Shown here in pieces: positions 38,953-47,759 of a stretch of DNA of 64,000 bases. This DNA is from a virus: positions 107,518-171,517 of the IMG/VR virus record IMGVR_UViG_3300010885_057925, one strand, 5' to 3'. A program made the translations under genes and the position numbers. The notes below the pieces were generated by a model. It was not told the origin of the DNA, did no database searches, and saw nothing but the letters and a program-made list of their open reading frames with translations. Numbering within the stretch: position 1 is the first letter of the stretch; each line of letters begins with the position of its first letter.

Positions 38953-39269
38953 TCGTCGTTGTCTGCCAATTCGTAATTATGCTTCTTGCTGACTAGCTCC
39001 CAAGCACGCTGACGTACTTCCATCATTACGTGACCTCTCTTTGATCTATTCGACAGACGGTCAATCCTCTTTTTGCTGAGAATACCCCTAAGAATCTTTC
39101 GAAACTTCCTGCGACACCGAAGAGATTCATCTTTTGTCATCGATGCTAGAGCTTCATCGATGCTTCTCGGTCTCTCATCACGAAAGGCGCTAGCGATCGT
39201 AGGGTGAATAACCCCAAGATCAAGGGCGATCATATCACTGAAAATATCGATCTGCTTGTAAGCGCTCAT
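38949..39269 (-). CDS. Hypothetical basic protein
   Basis: SD AGGAG, 106 aa. Confidence 0.6.
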   Translation of the reverse strand: MSAYKQIDIFSDMIALDLGVIHPTIASAFRDERPRSIDEALASMTKDESLRCRRKFRKILRGILSKKRIDRLSNRSKRGHVMMEVRQRAWELVSKKHNYELADNDE

Positions 39270-39281
39270 GTTGTCTCCTAG

Positions 39282-39321
39282 AAAAAATGCCGGAGCATCA
39301 ATAGGTTGATAGCTCCGGCAT
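39282..39321 (-). terminator. Intrinsic terminator closing the tRNA Lys-Gln-Glu transcript
   Basis: TGCCGGAGC/GCTCCGGCA stem followed by a U-run on the minus strand. Confidence 0.8.
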
Positions 39322-39330
39322 TGAGTTTAC

Positions 39331-39533
39331 TGACCACTAGCATCGTGTGGAATTTCAACTGGACACAAGCTTATCTGATCGCTGAAATCGATCGATGCGA
39401 TACTCCATTTTTAGAACCGGAGAGGACGCGGTCCCAACGCTGGACATCTCAGACCCTACGTTGAATAATGATATTCCTCTCGGACGCAAGACAACAAAGG
39501 AAGTGCGTCTACGCTATCACTAGAATGATAGCA
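39331..39533 (-). ncRNA. Candidate structured non-coding RNA
   Basis: About 200 nt with no ORF in the track, four helical domains, between tRNA-Glu and the terminator. Confidence 0.4.
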
Positions 39534-39535
39534 TC

Positions 39536-39610
39536 TGGTGATCCCACTGGGAGTTGAACCCAGCTTACGAGATTGAAAGTCTCGAGTCCTAACCGATAGA
39601 CGATGGGATC
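39536..39610 (-). tRNA. tRNA-Glu(TTC)
   Basis: Cloverleaf; anticodon arm CGAGA-CTTTCAA-TCTCG; CCA encoded. Confidence 0.93.
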
Positions 39611-39614
39611 AATG

Positions 39615-39688
39615 TGGTTGGGGCGTAAGGATTCGAACCTTCATTCGCGGGGTCAAAGCCCGCTGTCCTACCGTTGAACGACGCCCCA
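39615..39688 (-). tRNA. tRNA-Gln(TTG)
   Basis: GCGGG-CTTTGAC-CCCGC; CCA encoded. Confidence 0.93.
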
Positions 39689-39730
39689 TCATGGGTCCGT
39701 TTTTGCGGAACGGTTTCCTGAAACCTCAGG

Positions 39731-39806
39731 TGGTGGGCCCTGTGGGGGACGATCCCACAACCTTGTGATTAAAAGTCACTTGCTCTGCCAGTTGAGCTAA
39801 AGGCCC
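39731..39806 (-). tRNA. tRNA-Lys(TTT)
   Basis: GTGA-CTTTTAA-TCAC; atypical T-loop ATCGTCC; CCA encoded. Confidence 0.9.
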
Positions 39807-39850
39807 GCTTGATTTTGTTTGCGCGGTTTGTTTCCGCTCCTCACATATTG

Positions 39851-39879
39851 ATAATAACATGAGTGCGGTAGCTTTGCAC
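39851..39879 (-). promoter_or_regulatory. Sigma70-like promoter GTGCAA-N17-TATTAT
   Basis: One of six copies of this geometry; upstream of tRNA-Lys. Confidence 0.7.
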
Positions 39880-39882
39880 GAT

Positions 39883-40479
39883 TTATTTCGGCTTAACGCC
39901 ACTTTTTAGCACAATCTCACAGATGTGTTCGAGACGCTCGATATGCTCAAAAGCTGACCACGGGTCCCCCGCGACGGCACAAACTCCGTGATTTGCCTGC
40001 CCTACGACGTCGTGCTGGATCGAGCCGTCACCAGATACCCCCAGGTGGGCCCCAGTTGCGTCACCCAATTCACGTGATGTTGCCGGCAGGCAAGGTACAT
40101 TAGGCCCAACACGGGTGTACCGGTTCACTTCTGGAAACTGTCTGGCAATCTCCTGCAGGTCCCAACCCGCGTACATGGCTGCAACTATATGCGTCGCGTG
40201 AACATGCACAACGGCTCGGGTCTTTGAAGCACTCTTTTGGACTAACCAGTGCATGTGAAGCTCGCCAGAGGCGCTCTGCCCGCCGGGAACGATGACACCA
40301 TCATCCGTGAGCTTACATTTCACGATATGCTCTGGGTGAATGATCGTCTTTCTCCAGCCAGAGGGCGTGATGTAGAGAGTCTTTGAATTTGTTCTACGAA
40401 GTGAGATGTTACCGTCTCGGGTGGTGATCCACCCACGCTCGTGGCACTCACGCATGATATCGCCAATTGCTGTCAGCAT
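39883..40479 (-). CDS. Class II aldolase/adducin family protein
   Basis: DGNIS, ITPSG, SGELHMH, VVHVH, NHG. Confidence 0.88.
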   Translation of the reverse strand: MLTAIGDIMRECHERGWITTRDGNISLRRTNSKTLYITPSGWRKTIIHPEHIVKCKLTDDGVIVPGGQSASGELHMHWLVQKSASKTRAVVHVHATHIVAAMYAGWDLQEIARQFPEVNRYTRVGPNVPCLPATSRELGDATGAHLGVSGDGSIQHDVVGQANHGVCAVAGDPWSAFEHIERLEHICEIVLKSGVKPK

Positions 40480-40480
40480 G

Positions 40481-40858
40481 TCAATCCTTTAGAAGTTCTT
40501 GATGCTTGGTTCCACCGTCATACGTGACTGCGAACCCTAGTTTAACAAGTTCATCGTTGCAGCACAGACCGTCTTTAGTGTGTATCTTTCCGAGCCATCG
40601 ACCGTACTTGTCCAGACCACCAGACTCAAGGTAGACGTCCTGGTCAAGGATTTTTGATCTAAGCCAATCACGAGCAGCGAGACCCCTTTCCTTCAGCTGC
40701 TTGTCTTTGCTCTTAAGCTCAGCGGTATCGATTCCTGCTAGTCTAACCTTAAGACCCTTGAGAGTCATAGAAAACCCAAGATCAATGTCGACGGTGATCG
40801 TGTCACCATCGTACACTTTCTTGACGTTAGCGCGGTAGAAAAAGCAACGTGAGTCCAT
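40481..40858 (-). CDS. Thermonuclease (SNase-like)
   Basis: VYDGDT, VRLAGIDTAE, DKYGR. Confidence 0.9.
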   Translation of the reverse strand: MDSRCFFYRANVKKVYDGDTITVDIDLGFSMTLKGLKVRLAGIDTAELKSKDKQLKERGLAARDWLRSKILDQDVYLESGGLDKYGRWLGKIHTKDGLCCNDELVKLGFAVTYDGGTKHQELLKD

Positions 40859-40885
40859 GAGCTTTAAGTATTTCAAAAACAGAAA

Positions 40886-40905
40886 CGGCAGCCCGAAGGC
40901 TGCCG
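40886..40905 (-). terminator. Intrinsic terminator
   Basis: CGGCAGCC-TTCG-GGCTGCCG followed by a T-rich run. Confidence 0.75.
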
Positions 40906-40925
40906 CTTGCTGCTATTTTAGAAGA

Positions 40926-41033
40926 TTACTTCGCTGCAGTGTCAGCAGAAGTATCAGCGGAGCTGTCATTCTTGTCGCCGGTGCAACCACCGAGGAAGAT
41001 AGAGCTAAGAGCCGCGAGAATCATGAACTTCAT
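40926..41033 (-). CDS. 35-aa Asp/Thr-rich mini-lipoprotein (below the ORF-track cutoff)
   Basis: SD AAGGAG; MKFMILAALSSIFLGGCTGDKNDSSADTSADTAAK with lipobox LGGC. Confidence 0.75.
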   Translation of the reverse strand: MKFMILAALSSIFLGGCTGDKNDSSADTSADTAAK

Positions 41034-41086
41034 TACTTTCTCCTTGAGAGATTTTAATTATATGATACTTGGAAATCTTGTAACAA

Positions 41087-41162
41087 TGGTGCCCCGAGCG
41101 GGATTCGAACCCGCCCTACAGAGATTTTAAGTCTCCTGACTCTGCCGCTGGTCTATCGGGGC
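41087..41162 (-). tRNA. tRNA-Leu(TAA), short variable arm
   Basis: GGAGA-CTTAAAA-TCTCT; CCA encoded. Confidence 0.88.
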
Positions 41163-41215
41163 TAGTGAATGAAATATAGCGATGAGTTGATCTATTTACA
41201 AGAATATTTAGCGTC

Positions 41216-42250
41216 ATGGGCACTGACCTTAGAAAATTAATACGCCTAATGCTGGAGTCGGATGAGACAGTTCCGACCTCGAGAGATTTCGTTTCTTATG
41301 ATCCGTTCTCTCATAGGCAGGCAACGATAGAGAGCGTTGCGAAAGACGTCGCAGAAGAGCTCGAACTTTCTAACTTGAGATACCTTTCAAGATCGAAACG
41401 GCTTTACGGAGCTTACACGTTCGCAGCGATCGATGAAAGAAACGAGAACGTGGTGCTGAAAATTCAGCCCGTGAATGAGATCGAAGGTTACAAACGCGCG
41501 CAGCAGATGATCTCTCGTCTTCCCAATCATGTGTCACGCCATATGCCAGTCATCTATAAGATAAGGACCTTAGACGAGCTTGGCGTTCCTCTTCCAAGTG
41601 ACGATTTTGGAAACTCTGAGAATCTCGGAATAATCGTCATGGAGCGTCTCGAGCAACTTCCCGGCAACATGTTCGATCTAATCACCGAACCAGCGACAAG
41701 CTCGATGCAATCTCTGAGATCTCTTATCAGCGATCATCAAGCTTTCGGAGATATGGTCGACAATGTGATCGAAAAGAATGAGAGGACGATTTCGTCCGTT
41801 ATTTCAAAATCTGATCGCAAAGTTGATAAGCTGCAAGAGCTCGAGAGATTGAGAAAGATGTTGAAATCGATTGCGTTCAGTCCTGAATCGGTTGTTGGCG
41901 ACGAAAGCACGATGATAAGCGTAACAGACGGACTGAACGACACAGTTCAAGAGAAAGTAAGACTTTGGTGCCGCGCGCTAGGAATTACAAAACCGGGTGC
42001 CATACAGACATTGACGAAAATGCTGATGAGCACAGTGTCAACGGTTCTGGGTAGACGAGCAGTACCCAAAGAGCCCACTCGCACCAGCCCGGGAGCTCTC
42101 GGTCGTGTGAAGGGAATTCGAGAGTTGGTGAGAGCTCTAGAGGATCTTAAAAGATTGAATATCAATCCATCCGACGTTCATGGAAACAACATCATGCTAC
42201 GTCCAGAAACTGGTGAGCTTGTCCTGGCTGACCTAGGTCACTTCAAGTAA
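41216..42250 (+). CDS. Protein kinase-like protein with N-terminal leader
   Basis: VVLKI (catalytic Lys), IVMERL, SDVHGNNIM, ADLG; leader MGTDLRKLIRLMLES. Confidence 0.75.
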   Translation: MGTDLRKLIRLMLESDETVPTSRDFVSYDPFSHRQATIESVAKDVAEELELSNLRYLSRSKRLYGAYTFAAIDERNENVVLKIQPVNEIEGYKRAQQMISRLPNHVSRHMPVIYKIRTLDELGVPLPSDDFGNSENLGIIVMERLEQLPGNMFDLITEPATSSMQSLRSLISDHQAFGDMVDNVIEKNERTISSVISKSDRKVDKLQELERLRKMLKSIAFSPESVVGDESTMISVTDGLNDTVQEKVRLWCRALGITKPGAIQTLTKMLMSTVSTVLGRRAVPKEPTRTSPGALGRVKGIRELVRALEDLKRLNINPSDVHGNNIMLRPETGELVLADLGHFK

Positions 42251-42471
42251 TCGATCTCGTCAAGTATTTCTTCGATCATTTCTCGAAGCTTCATCTGCTT
42301 GAAGTATTTCGCTATCTTTCGACGGACGTCTGGCTCGACCATGAGCCCTGGCTGGTCGAGCATGTCGGGCTCACTTCCATATGTCGGGTCATGAGGGGCT
42401 CTTGTTTTTGCTCGAGGCTCTGATAGTTTGTGTTTACCAGCGGGTGGATCGCCAGAAGTTCGCCAGCTCAT
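42238..42471 (-). CDS. Hypothetical protein with C-terminal leader-like motif
   Basis: Ends KLREMIEEILDEIDYLK; ATATTTA motif 5 nt upstream of ATG. Confidence 0.6.
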   Translation of the reverse strand: MSWRTSGDPPAGKHKLSEPRAKTRAPHDPTYGSEPDMLDQPGLMVEPDVRRKIAKYFKQMKLREMIEEILDEIDYLK

Positions 42472-42475
42472 GTGT

Positions 42476-42628
42476 CTAAATATCCTTCCGAAATTTCCAG
42501 ATAAGCCACGCGCTGAGAATCAGAAACGCTGCTGTGCCCCACCTGAATACCTCGCGACCGACAGGGTCGATAAGAGTCCACATTAGAATGGAGAAAGCTC
42601 CGTCAAGAATCCACGAAATTACCTGCAT
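42476..42628 (-). CDS. 50-aa membrane peptide (not in the ORF track)
   Basis: MQVISWILDGAFSILMWTLIDPVGREVFRWGTAAFLILSAWLIWKFRKDI fills the intergenic gap. Confidence 0.55.
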   Translation of the reverse strand: MQVISWILDGAFSILMWTLIDPVGREVFRWGTAAFLILSAWLIWKFRKDI

Positions 42629-43800
42629 GATCCGACCAAGCTGGTGGTCATCCCGCTGGGGACTTCAACTTCGACAAACGGCTCGTAGCAACCCTCAGAG
42701 TTAATGTTACGTGTGTCTGTCCAAATCAGACGAGAGGATAGATAGACGTTGACCGTAACGTCATTGGTTCCGCTGTAGACCGATCCCGGATAGTCGTGTA
42801 CATAGACTGTGTATGATCCACGTGCTGGAGAATCGATGTTGATGTTTTCAGGTCCTGTCCCCGGAATATCATCAAGGTCGAGGATAGGGTCGTCAACAGT
42901 GCTCGCGCCACCCCAGTTGAGACCGCCCCACGTGCAGTTCGCAAAGTAGCAGTCGGAGCTGGTTGTCAGGATACCACCGTTGTCAAGGAGGTGAAGATCC
43001 ATGTCATCCCCGGAATGGGCCCAGAACATCTCAACCCAGAGACCGTCGCCTGCTGTAGCGTTGAGAGTTGCGTAGCATGGCTCGGAAACCAATCCGTCGT
43101 CGTCTGTGACAATAAGCTCGCCGATGTACTCACCTGCGATGTCAGGGACGAAGCCACGTCGGTTCGCAGTTCCGCCGGGCATTGTCGAAGTTGCACCAGC
43201 TGGTGTGGAGTAGAGCGACCATGAGTAATCAGTGATAGAGCCGTCCGGATCGTAGGACGAATTACCGATCCAGTCAGCCGATTCATGGATTGCGAGCACC
43301 TCACCGGGATCAACGGAGCACACAGCTACGGGCTGCGACAAAGGTGGATCCGTATCAGCTGAATCGCCGGTGTCTACAACGATCTCAGCACCTGCTAGCA
43401 GAGGCACACTAAGATAAGGGTTGCTAGGATCATTAGAAAGAATTTGAAGTTCACCTGTTGTCTCGCTTCCGTCAGAGGTGTAGGTTACTGTGATTTCTGC
43501 AAAAGAGTTAGGTTCGAAAGATCCAATGATCGGCTCAAGAAGAGTGAACGTCTCACGGCCACTACCGATCTGCATCGCGGTGATGTTGAGCGTAGCATCT
43601 CCCAAAGATGAAAGAGTTGCAATCTGCGCCGATCTTTCTCCCGACGCGACAATACCAAAATCGATCGGAGACGGATCAACTTGGATTCGAGGAGTTCCCT
43701 CGGCGGGAGGATCCTTGATCGAGTGAATCTCGGTATCCATGCACCCACTCTCGAGCGGCAGTAGAAGAGTAAAAAGTAATAAGTACGGGACTCTGTTCAT
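42619..43800 (-). CDS. Lipoprotein with Ig-like (choice-of-anchor D/PKD-like) and YfaP-like domains
   Basis: Signal peptide ending SGC; IDFG..., SNDP, SYDPDGSITDYSW, DMDLHL, GPENI. Confidence 0.7.
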   Translation of the reverse strand: MNRVPYLLLFTLLLPLESGCMDTEIHSIKDPPAEGTPRIQVDPSPIDFGIVASGERSAQIATLSSLGDATLNITAMQIGSGRETFTLLEPIIGSFEPNSFAEITVTYTSDGSETTGELQILSNDPSNPYLSVPLLAGAEIVVDTGDSADTDPPLSQPVAVCSVDPGEVLAIHESADWIGNSSYDPDGSITDYSWSLYSTPAGATSTMPGGTANRRGFVPDIAGEYIGELIVTDDDGLVSEPCYATLNATAGDGLWVEMFWAHSGDDMDLHLLDNGGILTTSSDCYFANCTWGGLNWGGASTVDDPILDLDDIPGTGPENINIDSPARGSYTVYVHDYPGSVYSGTNDVTVNVYLSSRLIWTDTRNINSEGCYEPFVEVEVPSGMTTSLVGSCR

Positions 43801-43829
43801 TGTCGCTCCATTCCTAACTATAGGAGGAG

Positions 43830-44402
43830 TTAGGGGCGATTTAATGTCTCCGAAGGATCAACGATAATAATATCATCGAACCCTTCCTCGCGTGTCGGCA
43901 TCTCGAATCGTGCCAGTGTATCCTCGATGATCTTTCTGCTCAGATGCTTGTCATCCAGCTCCGCAGCTCGTTTTTCGACAGACTGCTGGACAAGTTCCTC
44001 CATCCCACGGTAGTCAAAGAACACTGCGATCTTTTCGTAATCGTCCTCACGACCCTGGATCGCTGCGAGAGCTCGACGTCTTGCTTTGGATCCCATGTTT
44101 GTCATATCAACAACGATGTCCTTACTGGAGGCGGAAGCCCCCTTGATATTGTCCTTGTGAAGCCTCTCTATCTCCTTACGATGAGCACCCGCTCTTGGAC
44201 CAGCGATCTCATCGTATTTTAGTCCAAGAGGTTTCCTGACGATGTCGACCACTTTGTCGTAGCTGATGATGTAAGGGTCGGAAACATTCTGCTCAACCCA
44301 ATAGGATTTTCCGACTCCCTGCGGCCCAACAAGCACATAGATCTTGGGACGAGAGAGACTCTCGCGGATAATCTGGCGTAGAAGAGAGATAGACAAGCTC
44401 AT
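43830..44402 (-). CDS. P-loop kinase (polynucleotide kinase/AAA_33-like) with N-terminal leader
   Basis: VGPQGVGKS, VVDMTN, EMPTREEGFD; leader MSLSISLLRQIIRESL. Confidence 0.8.
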   Translation of the reverse strand: MSLSISLLRQIIRESLSRPKIYVLVGPQGVGKSYWVEQNVSDPYIISYDKVVDIVRKPLGLKYDEIAGPRAGAHRKEIERLHKDNIKGASASSKDIVVDMTNMGSKARRRALAAIQGREDDYEKIAVFFDYRGMEELVQQSVEKRAAELDDKHLSRKIIEDTLARFEMPTREEGFDDIIIVDPSETLNRP

Positions 44403-44419
44403 GCCCAATACATATGTTG

Positions 44420-44455
44420 AATCCCAGAGAGGATTCAATCTTCCTCTCTGGGATT
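44420..44455. terminator. Inverted-repeat terminator
   Basis: AATCCCAGAGAGGA/TCCTCTCTGGGATT. Confidence 0.7.
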
Positions 44456-44467
44456 GTTTACGCAGAC

Positions 44468-46357
44468 TCAGCTTTTGGCCGTGTAATCACTGCAGAACTT
44501 CCGCTCTAGTGCTGGAAGCTCCAAGTCGCCCAGCTGCGGGAGACTCTCGGCCCTCGCCATCACGGCATTTGCAGCCTCGGTTGCCTCGAGGTCAGCATTG
44601 TTCCAAACTTCAGAGAAGAGGCGATCCACCACTGCTCGACGCGACTTGAAGAAGTGCTCCATGACCGTCATGTTATGCGTGAAATTCGCGTCCTTCCGAT
44701 CCTTCTCGGTCTGGAGACGAGAGGCCACCAGGGCCATCACAGCGAGCTCAGCGCCGATGTCCACAAGTCGTGCAAGGATGAGCTGCCTCATCTCAAGCTT
44801 TGGTCCCCGGAGCAGCATCTGGTGGAAGAGAGTGAGAGCCAGTCGACGAGTGTTGCTCTCTGCCCAGCGAAGCTGTCGGGCGATCTGATCGTCAAACTTG
44901 AAGAACTTGTCAAAAATAGAGCCCACAAAGTTCTTCAAGTACCACTTCGGGTAGATGAGAGAGCACTTTCCGACCGTCTTCACCTTGTCCCACAGGGTAG
45001 CGCCCTTCTTGAAGAGTCCGCCGGCATTCCGGAGGTGACCGTCTAGAGCCTCACGAGCGATGAAGAGATGCATGACGTCGGTGGTTCCCTCAACGATCCG
45101 ATTGATCCGAGTGTCACGGAGCACGCGCTCCATCGGGAATCCGACCTCACCACGGTCCGCCACCGACTTCTCGGTCTCGAAGCCGCGTCCACCGCGGAGC
45201 TGGAACGCGGTGTCAGCGACTTCCCAAGAACGCTCAGAGTTCCACATCTTGGCGGTTGCAGCCTCCATTCGAATGTCGACACTGTGACGGTCGCTGAGAG
45301 CTGCACCGTAGAGAGCCAGGGTCTCCATGGCGTAGGTCTGGCCTGCGATCTCAGCCAGCTTCTGCGCACCGGCCTCGTGATTGCCGACGGCCTTACCCCA
45401 CTGGACGCGGCTCTTGGCCCACGAAGCGGAGAAGTCAAGGACATCTTTAGAGACAAATGCCGCCACCGCGGGAATTCCGAGTCGACCGTCATTGAGAGTG
45501 GTGAGCGCAAGCTTGAGACCCTTTCCCTCACCGAGGATGACGTTCTCAGCAGGAACCTTCACATTCCGGAATCTGATGAGACCGTTCTCGATTGCTCGAA
45601 TTCCGAGGAAACGACAGCGATGGACAACCTCGAGACCTTCCGATCGACCCTCCACCACGAATGCGGTGATTCCCTTTCGACCGTCCTCCGAGGTTGTCCG
45701 AGCCATGACGACGTAGAGATCAGCCAGAGTTCCGTTGGTGCACCAGAGCTTCTCACCATTGATGACCCAGGAGCCATCGGCCTGCTTCACGGCCTCGGTG
45801 ACCATGCTCGCCGGGTCGGAGCCTGCACCGGGCTCGGTGAGAGCGAAAGCTGAGAGCTCACCCTTTGCGATACGCGGAAGCCACTTCTTCTTCTGCTCTT
45901 CGGTACCAAAAAGCTTCAGGGGTTGGGGGACACCGATCGACTGGTGAGCCGAGAGAGTGGCAGCAGTAGATCCGCAGTACTTCGCAACCGCTCCGAGGAT
46001 CCGGACGTAGTTGGTCTGGGAGAGACCGAGACCGCCGTACTCCTTGGGAATCTTGATACCGAAGAGACCGAGCTCAGCGATACCCTTCCAAACGTGAGGC
46101 GGGATCTCCTGGTTCTTGTCGATAGCGTCACCATCGAGGTTGCCCTTTGCCCAAGACTCGAATCTCGCGATTAGCTCATCTCCTGCCTCACGATCGACCA
46201 CGCTCTGCTCAGGAAACGGGTAAGAGAGTTCGACATCCAGGTCGCCCATGAACATCGACCCCATAAAAGACTTGGACTTCCAGTCCAGCTCCCGGCTCTC
46301 CTCGGCGACCTGGATGGACTTTGCTTCTTCAGACGTACGATTCTTATTCTCGATCAT
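44468..46357 (-). CDS. Acyl-CoA dehydrogenase (long, VLCAD/ACAD9-like)
   Basis: FALTEPGAGSD, NGEKLWCTNG, GGRG, RIVEGT. Confidence 0.93.
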   Translation of the reverse strand: MIENKNRTSEEAKSIQVAEESRELDWKSKSFMGSMFMGDLDVELSYPFPEQSVVDREAGDELIARFESWAKGNLDGDAIDKNQEIPPHVWKGIAELGLFGIKIPKEYGGLGLSQTNYVRILGAVAKYCGSTAATLSAHQSIGVPQPLKLFGTEEQKKKWLPRIAKGELSAFALTEPGAGSDPASMVTEAVKQADGSWVINGEKLWCTNGTLADLYVVMARTTSEDGRKGITAFVVEGRSEGLEVVHRCRFLGIRAIENGLIRFRNVKVPAENVILGEGKGLKLALTTLNDGRLGIPAVAAFVSKDVLDFSASWAKSRVQWGKAVGNHEAGAQKLAEIAGQTYAMETLALYGAALSDRHSVDIRMEAATAKMWNSERSWEVADTAFQLRGGRGFETEKSVADRGEVGFPMERVLRDTRINRIVEGTTDVMHLFIAREALDGHLRNAGGLFKKGATLWDKVKTVGKCSLIYPKWYLKNFVGSIFDKFFKFDDQIARQLRWAESNTRRLALTLFHQMLLRGPKLEMRQLILARLVDIGAELAVMALVASRLQTEKDRKDANFTHNMTVMEHFFKSRRAVVDRLFSEVWNNADLEATEAANAVMARAESLPQLGDLELPALERKFCSDYTAKS

Positions 46358-46417
46358 CTTTTCTCCTTTCGTGAAGTATAAAGCGAAATGAATGACTGTT
46401 CAACTTAAGTTGCAGAC

Positions 46418-46455
46418 AAAAGAAAAGCGGCTTTTGGAAATGCCTCCAGAGCCGC
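46418..46455 (-). terminator. Intrinsic terminator
   Basis: GCGGC...GCCGC stem followed by TTTTCTTTT on the minus strand. Confidence 0.6.
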
Positions 46456-46529
46456 GAACTGTGCCAACCTACGATTTGGACGGGATTGCTATCAGGATAC
46501 CCGTGCTTTCGATCCCTGATCAGGGGATT

Positions 46530-47519
46530 TCAGAAGTTCTTCGGATTTCCCTTGGTCGAACCGAGGAACAACACGATATCGTTCACTTGCTCCGGTGTGA
46601 GCGCCTTCCCAAGCTGGTGCTTGCCCATCATGTAGACCGCCGCTCCCAAGCTCTCGGAGGATGCATCATGAAAGTACGGAGCAGTTTCAGTCGAGTTACG
46701 AAGCGAAGGAACCTTGAACACCATTCGATCGCTCTCCTGACCAGTCACTGCGAAGCGCCCCTGGTCGGCCTGGTTCGGCCACGGCTCCACAACTCCGAGC
46801 TTCATGAATGAGCCGCCACCGAGAAGCGTACCATTATGGCAGGCTGCGCAACCAGCTTCCATGAAGGTGTTGAGACCGCGCTTCTGATTATCATCAAGCG
46901 CAGAATCGTCGCCCTTCAAAAAATCATCCCACCTGGAATGGGCGACCAGAGTTCGCTCGTAAGCTCCGATCGCGACTCCGACATTCTCGAAGCTGAGCGG
47001 ATCCTTGACACCGGGGAAAGCCTGGGAGAACGCAACAACGTAGGTCGGATCATTCTTTAGGACCTCCACGACAGTCTCAGCGTCCGGCATCGCCATCTCA
47101 CCTGCCGCGAGGATGGGACCAAGCGCCTGCTCCTCCACCGTCTTCGCTCGGCCATCCCAGAACTGGGCAACCTGACCTGCAGCGTTGAAGACAGTCGGAG
47201 AGTTACGACTTACAGGGACCATCTTGTGTCCGGGCGAGAAGCTGTGCTCATCCGCCCCATCCTTCGCCACGTTATGACAGGTAGAGCATGACATGTTGGC
47301 GTCAGCAGAGAGCTGGGTCTCGAAGAAGAGTCGACGTCCGAGCGCGATACGCTCTGCGGATGGCTCATTACCTGCGACAAAGAAATTTTCCAGGAGAGGC
47401 TGGAAAGCCCCAAGCTTCGTGCGATCGACCGTCACCGCGTCTGTGGTCTGTGGGTTGACGATCTCCTTGACCGGCTGATCGTTGTTGCATGCGATGAGAA
47501 AGGAGAGTAGGGCGATCAT
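46530..47519 (-). CDS. Di-haem cytochrome c peroxidase (CCP/MauG family), lipoprotein
   Basis: Two CxxCH motifs (CSTCH, CAACH), RNSPTVFN, QFWDGRA, FKVPSLRN, PYFHD. Confidence 0.93.
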   Translation of the reverse strand: MIALLSFLIACNNDQPVKEIVNPQTTDAVTVDRTKLGAFQPLLENFFVAGNEPSAERIALGRRLFFETQLSADANMSCSTCHNVAKDGADEHSFSPGHKMVPVSRNSPTVFNAAGQVAQFWDGRAKTVEEQALGPILAAGEMAMPDAETVVEVLKNDPTYVVAFSQAFPGVKDPLSFENVGVAIGAYERTLVAHSRWDDFLKGDDSALDDNQKRGLNTFMEAGCAACHNGTLLGGGSFMKLGVVEPWPNQADQGRFAVTGQESDRMVFKVPSLRNSTETAPYFHDASSESLGAAVYMMGKHQLGKALTPEQVNDIVLFLGSTKGNPKNF

Positions 47520-47552
47520 TTCGTGTCCTCTTTTGCTGTTGTTGATTGGCTT

Positions 47553-47586
47553 AAAAAGCCGGCATCTAAATTAATAGATGCCGGCT
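47553..47586 (-). terminator. Intrinsic terminator after tRNA-Thr
   Basis: AGCCGGCATCTA/TAGATGCCGGCT plus U-run. Confidence 0.8.
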
Positions 47587-47589
47587 CCG

Positions 47590-47663
47590 TGGTGCCCCCT
47601 GTCGGAATCGAACCAACAAAGCCTGATTACAAAACAGGTATTTTGCCATTAAATTAAGGGGGC
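47590..47663 (-). tRNA. tRNA-Thr(TGT)
   Basis: CCTGT-TTTGTAA-TCAGG (U31-U39 mismatch); CCA encoded. Confidence 0.88.
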
Positions 47664-47667
47664 AAGA

Positions 47668-47759
47668 TGGCGGCGGGTGAGGGACTCGAACCCCCGGACC
47701 CCTTTCGAGGCTCATCCGCTTTCAAGGCGGCGCCGTTATGACCACTTCGGTAACCCGCC
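47668..47759 (-). tRNA. tRNA-Ser(TGA)
   Basis: CCGC-CTTGAAA-GCGG, long variable arm; CCA encoded. Confidence 0.92.

Noticed and set aside
44344-47478. Many long plus-strand ORFs (for example 45068..45853), and likewise 16670..18839 and 33187..33660
   Set aside because: They are antisense shadows of well-supported minus-strand genes and have no recognisable motifs.
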